From a virus (taxonomy: Duplodnaviria; Heunggongvirae; Uroviricota; Caudoviricetes): a DNA stretch of 21,662 nucleotides. This document shows positions 1-7,703 of the stretch, one piece after another; positions within the stretch are counted from its first letter, which is position 1, and every line of letters begins with the position of its first letter. Location of the stretch: positions 144,073 through 165,734 of the IMG/VR virus record IMGVR_UViG_3300032308_002078. One strand, written 5' to 3'. Under the pieces are notes generated by a model, which was given only the letters and a program-made list of their open reading frames with translations, searched no databases and was not told the origin of the DNA. Position numbers and translations under genes: made by a program.

Positions 1-1
1 T

Positions 2-796
2 TGTTCTACATTCCATAATGAATGGTTTAAAAAAGAATACCCAAAAATTGAGTTTATAAAACCAGGAACAGAAGTAAATAATTTATATGCTATGTTTAAC
101 ATAGGATGGTTTTATGATGGAGAAGAAATTGTAAAAAATAAAGTACCTTTTGATTTTAAAAAACATCCTTTACAGCAAACAGCTACAGAAATTTTAGGAT
201 TAGAATATAAAGAAGTAAAACCTAAACTTGTTATATCTCGTAAAAAAACAAATATAAGAGATAAATATGTTGTAATTGCTCCTCACGCTTCCTCTCACGC
301 CAAATATTGGATGCATCCTAAAGGATGGCAAACTATTATTGATTATTTAAATGAAAAAGGTTATAAAGTAGTTATGATAACAGGTGAACCTTTAGGTGAT
401 GAATGGCATGACTCAAAATTAGGAGGCACATTAACTGGTGTAATAAATAAAACAGGTTATAGTATTGATTTATCTGACAGGATGATTGATATTAGAGATG
501 CTGAATTATTTATTGGAGTAGGCAGTGGATTAAGCTGGTTAAGTTGGTCAATAGGTACTCCAACTATCCTAATTTCAGGGTTTAGTTACCCTTATACTGA
601 ATTTAAAGATTGTGAACGTATCTTTACTTTAGACTCTAAAGCATGTACAGGATGTTTTAATCGTCATTGGTTAAATCCAGGTGATTGGGAATGGTGTCCT
701 GATTATAAAGATACTCCAAGACATTTTGAATGTACAAAAACTATAAAACCTGTTCAAGTAACTGATGCAATTAATAAAATATTGAATATTTATTAA
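2..796 (+). CDS. Glycosyltransferase family 9, Aah/TibC-like (autotransporter O-heptosyltransferase-like); 5' end outside the window
   Basis: The frame is open from position 2 (CSTFHNEWFKKEYPKIEFIKPG...) into the listed 92..796 ORF. GT9 motifs: YVVIAPHAS...KYW...W..IIDYL, and AELFIGVGSGLSWLSWSIGTPTILISGF. The C-terminal CxxC-x13-C-x11-C (Cys codons at 644, 653, 695, 731) resembles the iron-binding four-Cys motif of TibC/Aah. Confidence 0.85.
   Translation, partial: CSTFHNEWFKKEYPKIEFIKPGTEVNNLYAMFNIGWFYDGEEIVKNKVPFDFKKHPLQQTATEILGLEYKEVKPKLVISRKKTNIRDKYVVIAPHASSHAKYWMHPKGWQTIIDYLNEKGYKVVMITGEPLGDEWHDSKLGGTLTGVINKTGYSIDLSDRMIDIRDAELFIGVGSGLSWLSWSIGTPTILISGFSYPYTEFKDCERIFTLDSKACTGCFNRHWLNPGDWEWCPDYKDTPRHFECTKTIKPVQVTDAINKILNIY
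785..795 (+). promoter_or_regulatory. Putative late-promoter motif AATATTTATTA
   Basis: Matches the recurring AATATKTATWA motif; lies just upstream of ATG 800 and overlaps the end of the glycosyltransferase gene. Confidence 0.6.
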
Positions 797-799
797 TAA

Positions 800-1429
800 A
801 TGGCAAACGTATTAAAACAAATATTTGTTTCTGGTTCAGACCAAATATCTCAAACTTATACTATTGAATCTTGGCATGTATCACAATCGGTAGATGCTTT
901 TACAGGAACTGCTGCTTATGATATTACATTATCTGGGTCTTTTACTTTAACAGGTTCACAATATGTTACAGGATCTATCTCTGCTTCATTTGGAAGTAAT
1001 ACAGTAGGATTTTTTGGTACAAGTTCTTGGGCTGTTTCTTCATCAAGAGCAATTAGTTCATCATTTGCAACTAGTGCTTCTTATGCTTTAAGTTCTTCTA
1101 ACGCTATTAGTGCCTCAATTTCTAACACAGCTGTTTCTTCAAACACAGTAACAGGATATTACATACCAAGTGGTTCTATAGTAGCTGCTGCTGGTGTTTT
1201 AAAAATATTTGCAGGAGCAGGCAAAACAAATTCTAGTGTTCCACCTACAGCTATTGTTACTGTATCACCTGTTGATTTAACAGGTAAAACATTAAATCAA
1301 AATTTATTTTTAGGAGTTGCTCCTTCACAATCAGCTACAATAAATGCTACTTTGAATAGTCCAACTTCTATTACTTTTGAAAGTGATTTACCCAATATTG
1401 ATTTTACATTTATTGCTACTTATATTTAA
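800..1429 (+). CDS. Ser-rich putative virion structural protein (fibre/decoration-like)
   Basis: 209 aa with SGS/TGS/SAS tripeptides and six hexad repeats (TSSWAV SSSRAI SSSFAT SASYAL SSSNAI SASISN), then a beta-rich C-terminal domain. Located near the sheath gene and preceded by the late motif. Confidence 0.65.
   Translation: MANVLKQIFVSGSDQISQTYTIESWHVSQSVDAFTGTAAYDITLSGSFTLTGSQYVTGSISASFGSNTVGFFGTSSWAVSSSRAISSSFATSASYALSSSNAISASISNTAVSSNTVTGYYIPSGSIVAAAGVLKIFAGAGKTNSSVPPTAIVTVSPVDLTGKTLNQNLFLGVAPSQSATINATLNSPTSITFESDLPNIDFTFIATYI
1019..1126 (+). repeat. Six imperfect 6-aa (18-nt) tandem repeats, S-[SA]-S-x-A-hydrophobic
   Basis: Read directly from the translation of 800..1429. Confidence 0.75.
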
Positions 1430-1438
1430 AAATAACAC

Positions 1439-1690
1439 ATGGAAACTAAAGTTTTAACTCAAGAAGAATTACAATCTTTAAAAGACATTCAATCAAAAAG
1501 AGACCAAATTACTATAAATTTAGGTTATATTGAATATCAAATTCAAGAATTAGAATTACAAAAAGAAAATCTAGTTGAAGGAATCTCATCATTAAAAAAT
1601 GAAGAAGTCCAAATAAGTAAAGAACTCCAATCCAAATATGGCAAAATTAATGTCAATATGGACAATGGAGAGTTTACTATTTTAGATTAA
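1439..1690 (+). CDS. Small coiled-coil hypothetical protein
   Basis: 83 aa ORF with an A-rich leader; heptad L/I pattern rich in E/Q/K, ending KYGKINVNMDNGEF. Function unknown. Confidence 0.75.
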   Translation: METKVLTQEELQSLKDIQSKRDQITINLGYIEYQIQELELQKENLVEGISSLKNEEVQISKELQSKYGKINVNMDNGEFTILD

Positions 1691-1700
1691 TTTTGATCTT

Positions 1701-1722
1701 TTCTATAATATTTATTATAGAA
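1701..1722 (+). promoter_or_regulatory. Late-promoter motif (AATATTTATTA, 1707-1717) inside a perfect 10-bp inverted repeat
   Basis: TTCTATAATA-TT-TATTATAGAA in the intergenic region upstream of the sheath gene. The 17-mer TTTTCTATAATATTTAT (1699-1715) is identical to 4090-4106. Confidence 0.65.
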
Positions 1723-1746
1723 TAAAATCAATATAATTTTACAAAC

Positions 1747-3504
1747 ATGGCAGAAACATTAATATCACCTGGCGTACTCGCATTAGAAAACGATCAGTCA
1801 TTTATTACACAACAACCTGTAACTGTTGGAGCCGCTCTTATTGGCCCTACAGTAAAAGGTCCTGTAGAAATTCCTACAATCGTTACTTCATACAGCGACT
1901 ACCAAAGCAAATTTGGTACTACTTTTTTAAGTGCTAGTCAAGTTTACACTTATTTTACTTCAATCGCCGCTTTTAATTATTTTAACAACGGTGGAGAAAC
2001 TTTATTAGTATCAAGAGTAGTAAGTGGAACATTTAGTTCAGCTACTACAGCTACTGGTTCTGTAACAGGTTTATTAGGTGGTGGAGTATCTATATTAAAC
2101 TCAGCTTCTTTAGCTGAAGCATTAGTATTAAATACTATTTCACAAGGTACTATCATGAACAGTTCTAGTTCATTAGATAGTGGTGGATCATTAGCTGCTT
2201 CAGGTTCTGCTAATAACATCAGATGGCAAATTGCTAACCAAGATACTTCTCAAGGTACTTTTAGTTTATTTATTCGTCAAGGTGATGATACTACAAGTAA
2301 TCCTATCATATTAGAATCTTGGACTAACTTATCAATGGATCCAACAGCTCCTAACTTTGTATCTAGAATAATTGGTAACCAAGTTAGAACTTATAATTCT
2401 GTTGATAATCAAATCTCAATAACTGGTGATTATCCTAATAATTCAAGATATGTTTATGTATCAAGTGTAAAAACTCCTACTCCATTCTATTTTGATAATA
2501 ATGGTTTAGCTAAATCTACATTAACTGGTTCATTACCTGCTAACGCAAGTGGTTCATTTGTAGGCGCTGCTGGTAATTTGTTTGGTGCTGGAGCTGATTA
2601 CTACAACAATATTGATGTTGCTTCAACCAATACTCAAGGATTAACAGGTAGTGATTATGCTAACATGATTAGTTTATTAGCTAATGTTGATGATTATAGA
2701 TACAATGTATTGTTAACTCCTGGCTTGTTTGCTAACACAGCTACTATTGGTGCTTCTCAAGTAACAACAGCAATTAGCAATACTGCAAACAGAGGAGATG
2801 CTATTTATGTTCCTGATTTAGTACCTTTTAGCTCAAGTGTAAATGATGTAACTACAGCGGCAAATGCTAAAAATAGTTCATATGCTGCTTCATACTGGCC
2901 TTGGGTTCAAACAGTTGATCCTGATTCTGCTCAATTAGTTTGGGTTCCTGCTTCAGTAATGGTAGGCGGAGTTTATGCTTACAATGATTCAGTTTCTGAA
3001 CCTTGGTTTGCTCCTGCAGGTATTAACAGAGGTGGATTAAGCAGTGTAGTAAGAGCTGAAAAGAAATTAACTCAATCTCAAAGAGACACTTTATACACAA
3101 ATAAAGTTAACCCAATTGCTACTTTCCCTGGAACTGGAGTTGTAGTTTATGGTCAAAAAACATTACAAACTAAATCAAGCGCTTTGGATCGTGTAAACGT
3201 TCGTCGTTTGTTGATTGCTCTTAAATCTTATATTTCTCAAGTAGCTCAAAACTTGGTGTTCGAACAAAATACAATTGCAACTCGTACAAGTTTCTTGAAC
3301 CAAGTTAACCCATACTTAGAATCAGTTCAACAACGTCAAGGTTTATATGCTTTCAAAGTAGTAATGGATGATTCTAATAACACTCCTGATGTAATTGATA
3401 GAAACCAATTAGTAGGTCAAATTTATTTGCAACCAACTAAGACAGCTGAATTCATTTACTTGGACTTCAACATCTTACCTACTGGAGCAACTTTTCCAGC
3501 GTAA
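1747..3504 (+). CDS. Contractile tail sheath protein (T4 gp18-like)
   Basis: N-terminal ISPGV..E.D.S and ALIGPTVKGP. C-terminal YAASYWPWV, VWVPAS, WFAPAGINRG, LYTNKVNPIATFPG.G.VVYGQKTL, ALDRVNVRRLL, VFEQN and QPTKTAEFI are typical sheath motifs. Confidence 0.96.
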   Translation: MAETLISPGVLALENDQSFITQQPVTVGAALIGPTVKGPVEIPTIVTSYSDYQSKFGTTFLSASQVYTYFTSIAAFNYFNNGGETLLVSRVVSGTFSSATTATGSVTGLLGGGVSILNSASLAEALVLNTISQGTIMNSSSSLDSGGSLAASGSANNIRWQIANQDTSQGTFSLFIRQGDDTTSNPIILESWTNLSMDPTAPNFVSRIIGNQVRTYNSVDNQISITGDYPNNSRYVYVSSVKTPTPFYFDNNGLAKSTLTGSLPANASGSFVGAAGNLFGAGADYYNNIDVASTNTQGLTGSDYANMISLLANVDDYRYNVLLTPGLFANTATIGASQVTTAISNTANRGDAIYVPDLVPFSSSVNDVTTAANAKNSSYAASYWPWVQTVDPDSAQLVWVPASVMVGGVYAYNDSVSEPWFAPAGINRGGLSSVVRAEKKLTQSQRDTLYTNKVNPIATFPGTGVVVYGQKTLQTKSSALDRVNVRRLLIALKSYISQVAQNLVFEQNTIATRTSFLNQVNPYLESVQQRQGLYAFKVVMDDSNNTPDVIDRNQLVGQIYLQPTKTAEFIYLDFNILPTGATFPA

Positions 3505-3518
3505 TTTTTTAAAAACAG

Positions 3519-3529
3519 AATATTTATAA
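3519..3529 (+). promoter_or_regulatory. Putative late-promoter motif AATATTTATAA
   Basis: Intergenic copy upstream of the tail tube gene, followed by an A-rich leader. Confidence 0.65.
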
Positions 3530-3550
3530 CAAAACAAATAAATAAATAAA

Positions 3551-4039
3551 ATGGCAGTATTAGATCCAAACGAAATATTTTTCACAGCCTTTGAACCAAA
3601 ACAGGCTAACCGATTCATTATGTATATTGACGGTATACCTGCGTATGAGATTAAAGGTGTTGGTGCTGTAAACTTAACTCAAGGTACTGTACCTTTAAAT
3701 CATATAAACGTTCAACGCTTTGTTAAAGGTAAAACTACTTGGGGGCCTATTCAGTTCACATTATTTGACCCTATTACTCCTTCAGGAGCTCAGGCAGTAA
3801 TGGAATGGGTACGTTTACATCACGAATCAGTAACAGGACGTGATGGTTACAGTGATTTCTATAAGAAAGACTTAACATTTGATGTATTAGGACCTGTAGG
3901 TGATATTGTATCAGAATGGATTATTAAAGGTGCATTAATTACAGATGCTAACTTTGGCGATTATAACTGGGATACTGTAGATACAGCTATTAACATTACA
4001 ATGACCGTTCAACCAGATTACTGTGTGTTGAATTTTTAA
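3551..4039 (+). CDS. Tail tube protein (T4 gp19-like)
   Basis: 162 aa directly after the sheath gene. Motifs EPKQANRF, GKTTWGPIQFTLFDP, VMEW, YKKD, LGPVGDIVSEWIIKGA...FGDYNW. Confidence 0.92.
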   Translation: MAVLDPNEIFFTAFEPKQANRFIMYIDGIPAYEIKGVGAVNLTQGTVPLNHINVQRFVKGKTTWGPIQFTLFDPITPSGAQAVMEWVRLHHESVTGRDGYSDFYKKDLTFDVLGPVGDIVSEWIIKGALITDANFGDYNWDTVDTAINITMTVQPDYCVLNF

Positions 4040-4059
4040 TAAAATTACAATTACTATTG

Positions 4060-4093
4060 AAGGAGCTCGCATTTTTTGCGAGCTTCTTTTTTT
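4060..4093 (+). terminator. Intrinsic (Rho-independent) terminator after the tail tube gene
   Basis: 12-bp stem AAGGAGCTCGCA/TGCGAGCTTCTT (one G-U pair), 5-nt loop, followed by a T run. Confidence 0.88.
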
Positions 4094-4097
4094 CTAT

Positions 4098-4108
4098 AAT
4101 ATTTATAA
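4098..4108 (+). promoter_or_regulatory. Putative late-promoter motif AATATTTATAA
   Basis: Immediately after the terminator and 12 nt before ATG 4121, where transcription would need to restart. Confidence 0.7.
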
Positions 4109-4120
4109 CAAAATAAGTTT

Positions 4121-4852
4121 ATGAGCGAATTTAAGTTTCCGACAGAAGTTGTAGAATTACCCTCAAAAGGTTTAGTCTATCCCCCAGACCACATTTTAAG
4201 AAGCGGCAAGGTTGAAATGAAATACATGACCGCTAAAGAAGAAGACATTTTATCAAACCAAAACTTTATTTCAAAAGGTATTGTGTTAGATAAGTTGTTA
4301 GAATCATTAACTCTAGGTAAATTTGATATTAAAGACCTAATAACTGGAGATAAAAATGCTATTTTAGTAGCATCTCGTGTTTTAGGCTATGGTAAAGATT
4401 ATTCCTTTTTTTATGATGGAACAGAATATAATGTTGATTTAAGCAAGTTAGAAAATAAACCATTTAGTGACTCTTTAATATCTAATAAAGGTACATTTTA
4501 TTTTACCCTCCCTAATTCAGGAACATTAGTTGAATTTAAACTTTTAAATGAAAAAGATGAAGAAAAAATTAAACAAGAAATTGAAGGTTTAAAAAAGATC
4601 AATAAAGATTCATCTACAGATGTGACAACAAGATTAAAATATCAAATTGTTTCTATTGATGGTAAAGAAGATAAAACATCTATTAAAGATTTTATTGATA
4701 ATTATTTGTTAGCTTCAGATTCACGAGCTTTAAGAGCATATATTAAACTAGTATCCCCAGATGTTGACTTAGTAGCTAAAGTAATGATTAATGATGTTGA
4801 GGAGGACATCGACATTCCTATTAATCTTAACTTTTTTTGGCCTGACATTTAA
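4121..4852 (+). CDS. Tail/baseplate-hub assembly chaperone (T4 gp26-like)
   Basis: FPTEVVELPSKG...VEMKYMTAKEEDIL...GDKNAILVASRVLGYG; internal echo FTLPNSG.LVEFKLL; ends FFWPDI. Located between the tube and tape measure genes. Confidence 0.75.
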   Translation: MSEFKFPTEVVELPSKGLVYPPDHILRSGKVEMKYMTAKEEDILSNQNFISKGIVLDKLLESLTLGKFDIKDLITGDKNAILVASRVLGYGKDYSFFYDGTEYNVDLSKLENKPFSDSLISNKGTFYFTLPNSGTLVEFKLLNEKDEEKIKQEIEGLKKINKDSSTDVTTRLKYQIVSIDGKEDKTSIKDFIDNYLLASDSRALRAYIKLVSPDVDLVAKVMINDVEEDIDIPINLNFFWPDI

Positions 4853-5117
4853 TAATTCTTCTGAATTTAGATTAGCTATTTTTAATCAAATCCATGAAAT
4901 AGTATTCCATGGTCAAGGTGGTTATAGTTATGATGTAATTTATAACATGCCTATTTGGTTAAGAAATTATACTTTTCAAAAATTAAAAGATTGGTATCAT
5001 CAAAAGAATAAAAATCCAAATGAAGACAGTTGGACTAAAGGCAGTGTAAAAGAAGAAGCTTCTAAAAATAAACAAGTACAAGTACCTACATATGTTACAA
5101 AGGCATCTAAAAAATGA
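4791..5117 (+). CDS. Second tail-assembly chaperone segment, probably expressed as a frameshift extension from about 4839
   Basis: Overlaps the upstream gene in the +1 frame. The conserved-looking part (FNQIHEIVFHGQGGYSYDVIYNMPIWLR) follows the T run. The ATG at 4791 may be fortuitous. Confidence 0.65.
   Translation: MMLRRTSTFLLILTFFGLTFNNSSEFRLAIFNQIHEIVFHGQGGYSYDVIYNMPIWLRNYTFQKLKDWYHQKNKNPNEDSWTKGSVKEEASKNKQVQVPTYVTKASKK
4829..4841 (+). other. Candidate programmed +1 ribosomal frameshift site AAC TTT TTT TGG C
   Basis: A T7 run at 4832-4838 lies just before the stop of 4121..4852. The +1 frame (TTT TTT GGC CTG ACA...) stays open to 5117. Confidence 0.6.
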
Positions 5118-5125
5118 TGCCTTTT
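5099..5125 (+). terminator. Hairpin, probable terminator overlapping stop codon 5115-5117
   Basis: AAAGGCATC-(8 nt)-GATGCCTTT with a short T run; directly followed by a late motif, the same layout as 4060-4108. Confidence 0.6.
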
Positions 5126-5136
5126 AATATTTATAA
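5126..5136 (+). promoter_or_regulatory. Putative late-promoter motif AATATTTATAA
   Basis: 3 nt before the ATG of the tape measure gene. Confidence 0.65.
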
Positions 5137-5139
5137 TAT

Positions 5140-7437
5140 ATGGCTAAAAAACCTGTAGACCCAAAAATTCAAGCTAGAGAAACAGCAGAAATTGTTGAAG
5201 ACGCTTTCCGTAATGTATCTTCTGAAATAGGAAAAATATTTTCAAAAGCTTTAGATCAAACTGAATCTTTTGCTAAAACATTACAAAAAGATGTTACAGG
5301 AACTTTAAACTCTTTAGCTAAAACTTCTACAGTGATTGAAGAAGTTTTAAGTAAACAAAAATTAGGCCAATTAAAACTGGCTGATATTGAAAAAATTAAA
5401 GAACAAAGAGCAATAAAACTAAAAGCAATTCAGCTTCAGTTTAATATAGCTCAAAAAAATGCTGTTGGAGGTTCAATTGAACAAATAAAGTTAGCTAAAG
5501 ATTTAGAAAAACAAATAAATGAAGCTAAAATTGCTGAAGAAGAACTTAATGAAGAATTAAATAAATTTGGAAAACAAGCTGATAAAAACAATAAAAAATT
5601 AGGTATTACTGGTGCTGTATTAAAAGGTTTTACTAAGATCCCAATTTTAGGAGGATTAATTGATTCTGAAAAAGTTTTAGCTAGAATACAAAAGAAAACA
5701 GCTGAAGAAGGATCTACTAAATTTGGAGTGTTTAAAGAAGGAGTTAAAGGTGTTGGATCATCTATAAAAGACAACATAATGGATCCAGTAGCTGGTTTTT
5801 CTATCCTAACCAAAGTAATTCAGTTTTTCATTGATGCTATGTTTGCAGCTGATAAACGAGTTACAGATATAACTAAAAATTTAAGTATTAGTAAAGATAA
5901 TGCTAGAGGTTTATATGATAATATAAAAAATACTAAAACAGATTTAGATACTGCCTATAAAACAACAGCTAATTTATCTGAAGCATTTAATGATATATCC
6001 CAACTTACAGGGTTTGCTGCTATAGCTACAAATAACCAACTTGAAACTCAAATTGTTTTAACTAAACAATTAGGTCAATCTAAAGAAGAAGCTTTAGGAC
6101 TTCAAGAAATATTTGCTGTAAATAATATTGAAGCAGATAAAGGTGTAGATATTGTTTATGATCAAATAGCTGCCTTTGGAAATCAAAATAAAATAGTAGC
6201 TGATGGTAGAAAAATCCTTACTGAAGTAAGTAAAACTAGCAAACTAATCCAATTAAATTTTAAAGGAAATACTCCAGAATTAGTAAAAACTGTTTTAGAA
6301 GCTAAAAAATTAGGTTTAACTTTAGATCAAGTTAATAAAACTGCTAGCTCTTTACTTAATTTTGAACAATCTATTAGTGATGAATTAAATGCTGAATTAT
6401 TACTTGGTCAAGATATTAATTTAGACAAAGCTAGAGAATATGCTTTAACTAATGATATAGCAGGACTTACAAAAGAAATAGCTAAACAAGGTATCACTGC
6501 TGAAAAATTTTCTAAACTAAATCGTATTCAACAAGAAGCTATAGCTAAAGTATTTGGTATGCAAGCTGAAGAATTAGCGGATAGTTTGTATAAACAAGAA
6601 GTAATTAATAAAGTAGCAGGTGATGAAACTAAAAATTTAAGAGAACAAGCGGCTCTTTTAAGACAAAAAGGAGATTTAACAGGTGCTATTAATTTAGAAA
6701 ATCAAGCAGCCGCTATTGAAGAAGGTATTCTTAAAGGAAAAAATCTTCAAGAAGCTCAAAAATCAGTAGAAGCTCAAGAAAAATTTAATTTAGCTCTTGA
6801 ACGAGCAAAAGATTTATTTGCTGATATGGTAAATGGAGAATTAATAGAAAAATTAATCTCATACATTGATAGATTAGTTGGAAGTTTAGAAACCGGAAAA
6901 AGTTTATTTAACACTTTAGTATTTGGTCCAGCTTCTGAAGGTGAAATTGCTCAATCTAGAAAATCATCCTTAGAAGAAAAATTAAAAACTACTTCTGATA
7001 AAAATGAAAAAGAAAAATTACAATTAAAGATAGCAGAACAAGAAGGAATAATAAAAAAAGAAAAATTAAATGATATTAAATCACAGTTAGATAATGATTA
7101 TAAAATTAAAAAAAGTAATTTTATAGAAGGCATTTATGATACTTTTGAAGAATCACCTGGTGGAAAATCATTATTAAAAAAATATGAAACTGAAGGTCTT
7201 ACCCCTCCAAAATTAGCAGAGGGTGGTATAATCCCCTCAGGCTATCCTAATGATACATACCGTGCTCAACTTAGCTCAGGAGAAGCAGTAATACCTTTAA
7301 ATCAACTTATGGCTAAACTTGATGCTATTGCCGCTTCAAATAATAGATCAACACCTAAAATATATTTAGGAACAACAGAATTAAACACAGCAACAGCAAT
7401 GAATACCTATGCTTTAAATGAAGGTGTTACAAGTTAA
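5140..7437 (+). CDS. Tail tape measure protein
   Basis: 765 aa, helical/coiled-coil and A/K/E/L-rich; follows tube and chaperone genes; C-terminal LAEGGII...GEAVIPL motif typical of TMP ends. Confidence 0.85.
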   Translation: MAKKPVDPKIQARETAEIVEDAFRNVSSEIGKIFSKALDQTESFAKTLQKDVTGTLNSLAKTSTVIEEVLSKQKLGQLKLADIEKIKEQRAIKLKAIQLQFNIAQKNAVGGSIEQIKLAKDLEKQINEAKIAEEELNEELNKFGKQADKNNKKLGITGAVLKGFTKIPILGGLIDSEKVLARIQKKTAEEGSTKFGVFKEGVKGVGSSIKDNIMDPVAGFSILTKVIQFFIDAMFAADKRVTDITKNLSISKDNARGLYDNIKNTKTDLDTAYKTTANLSEAFNDISQLTGFAAIATNNQLETQIVLTKQLGQSKEEALGLQEIFAVNNIEADKGVDIVYDQIAAFGNQNKIVADGRKILTEVSKTSKLIQLNFKGNTPELVKTVLEAKKLGLTLDQVNKTASSLLNFEQSISDELNAELLLGQDINLDKAREYALTNDIAGLTKEIAKQGITAEKFSKLNRIQQEAIAKVFGMQAEELADSLYKQEVINKVAGDETKNLREQAALLRQKGDLTGAINLENQAAAIEEGILKGKNLQEAQKSVEAQEKFNLALERAKDLFADMVNGELIEKLISYIDRLVGSLETGKSLFNTLVFGPASEGEIAQSRKSSLEEKLKTTSDKNEKEKLQLKIAEQEGIIKKEKLNDIKSQLDNDYKIKKSNFIEGIYDTFEESPGGKSLLKKYETEGLTPPKLAEGGIIPSGYPNDTYRAQLSSGEAVIPLNQLMAKLDAIAASNNRSTPKIYLGTTELNTATAMNTYALNEGVTS

Positions 7438-7446
7438 TATGTATAA
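7436..7446 (+). promoter_or_regulatory. Putative late-promoter motif variant AATATGTATAA
   Basis: One mismatch to AATATTTATAA; overlaps the TMP stop and precedes the baseplate gene run. Confidence 0.55.
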
Positions 7447-7457
7447 TAAATCAGAAT

Positions 7458-7703
7458 ATGAATCTTTTAGATAAATTACAAACACAAGGATCAACATTAA
7501 CTAATGTTGATGGTGGTACCCCTAAAAAATATAGTGGAACTTCTAATTATGTTAATAGTTTAAAAACATCTCAATTAGATTTAGATGGAAAAAAACCATT
7601 AGAATATGATAAAGTTTCTAGTTATCAAGAAGGTTTAGCTAAATCACAATTAGATTTAGATGGTAGAACTCCTAACAAATATTTAGATAATCCTCCTCGT
7701 TAA
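7458..7703 (+). CDS. Small repeat-containing hypothetical protein (likely virion-associated)
   Basis: 81 aa with three related units (VDGGTPKKY, LDLDGKKPLEY, LDLDGRTPNKY); TAATG overlap with the next gene. Confidence 0.75.
   Translation: MNLLDKLQTQGSTLTNVDGGTPKKYSGTSNYVNSLKTSQLDLDGKKPLEYDKVSSYQEGLAKSQLDLDGRTPNKYLDNPPR
7572..7663 (+). repeat. 17-bp direct repeat CAATTAGATTTAGATGG, 75-nt period
   Basis: Exact copies at 7572-7588 and 7647-7663, within the SQLDLDG-coding segments. Confidence 0.85.

Noticed and set aside
3531-3550. AAAT-type repeats upstream of the tube gene (similar run at about 15948-15965)
   Set aside because: Explained as A-rich translation leaders; too short and simple for an array or origin.
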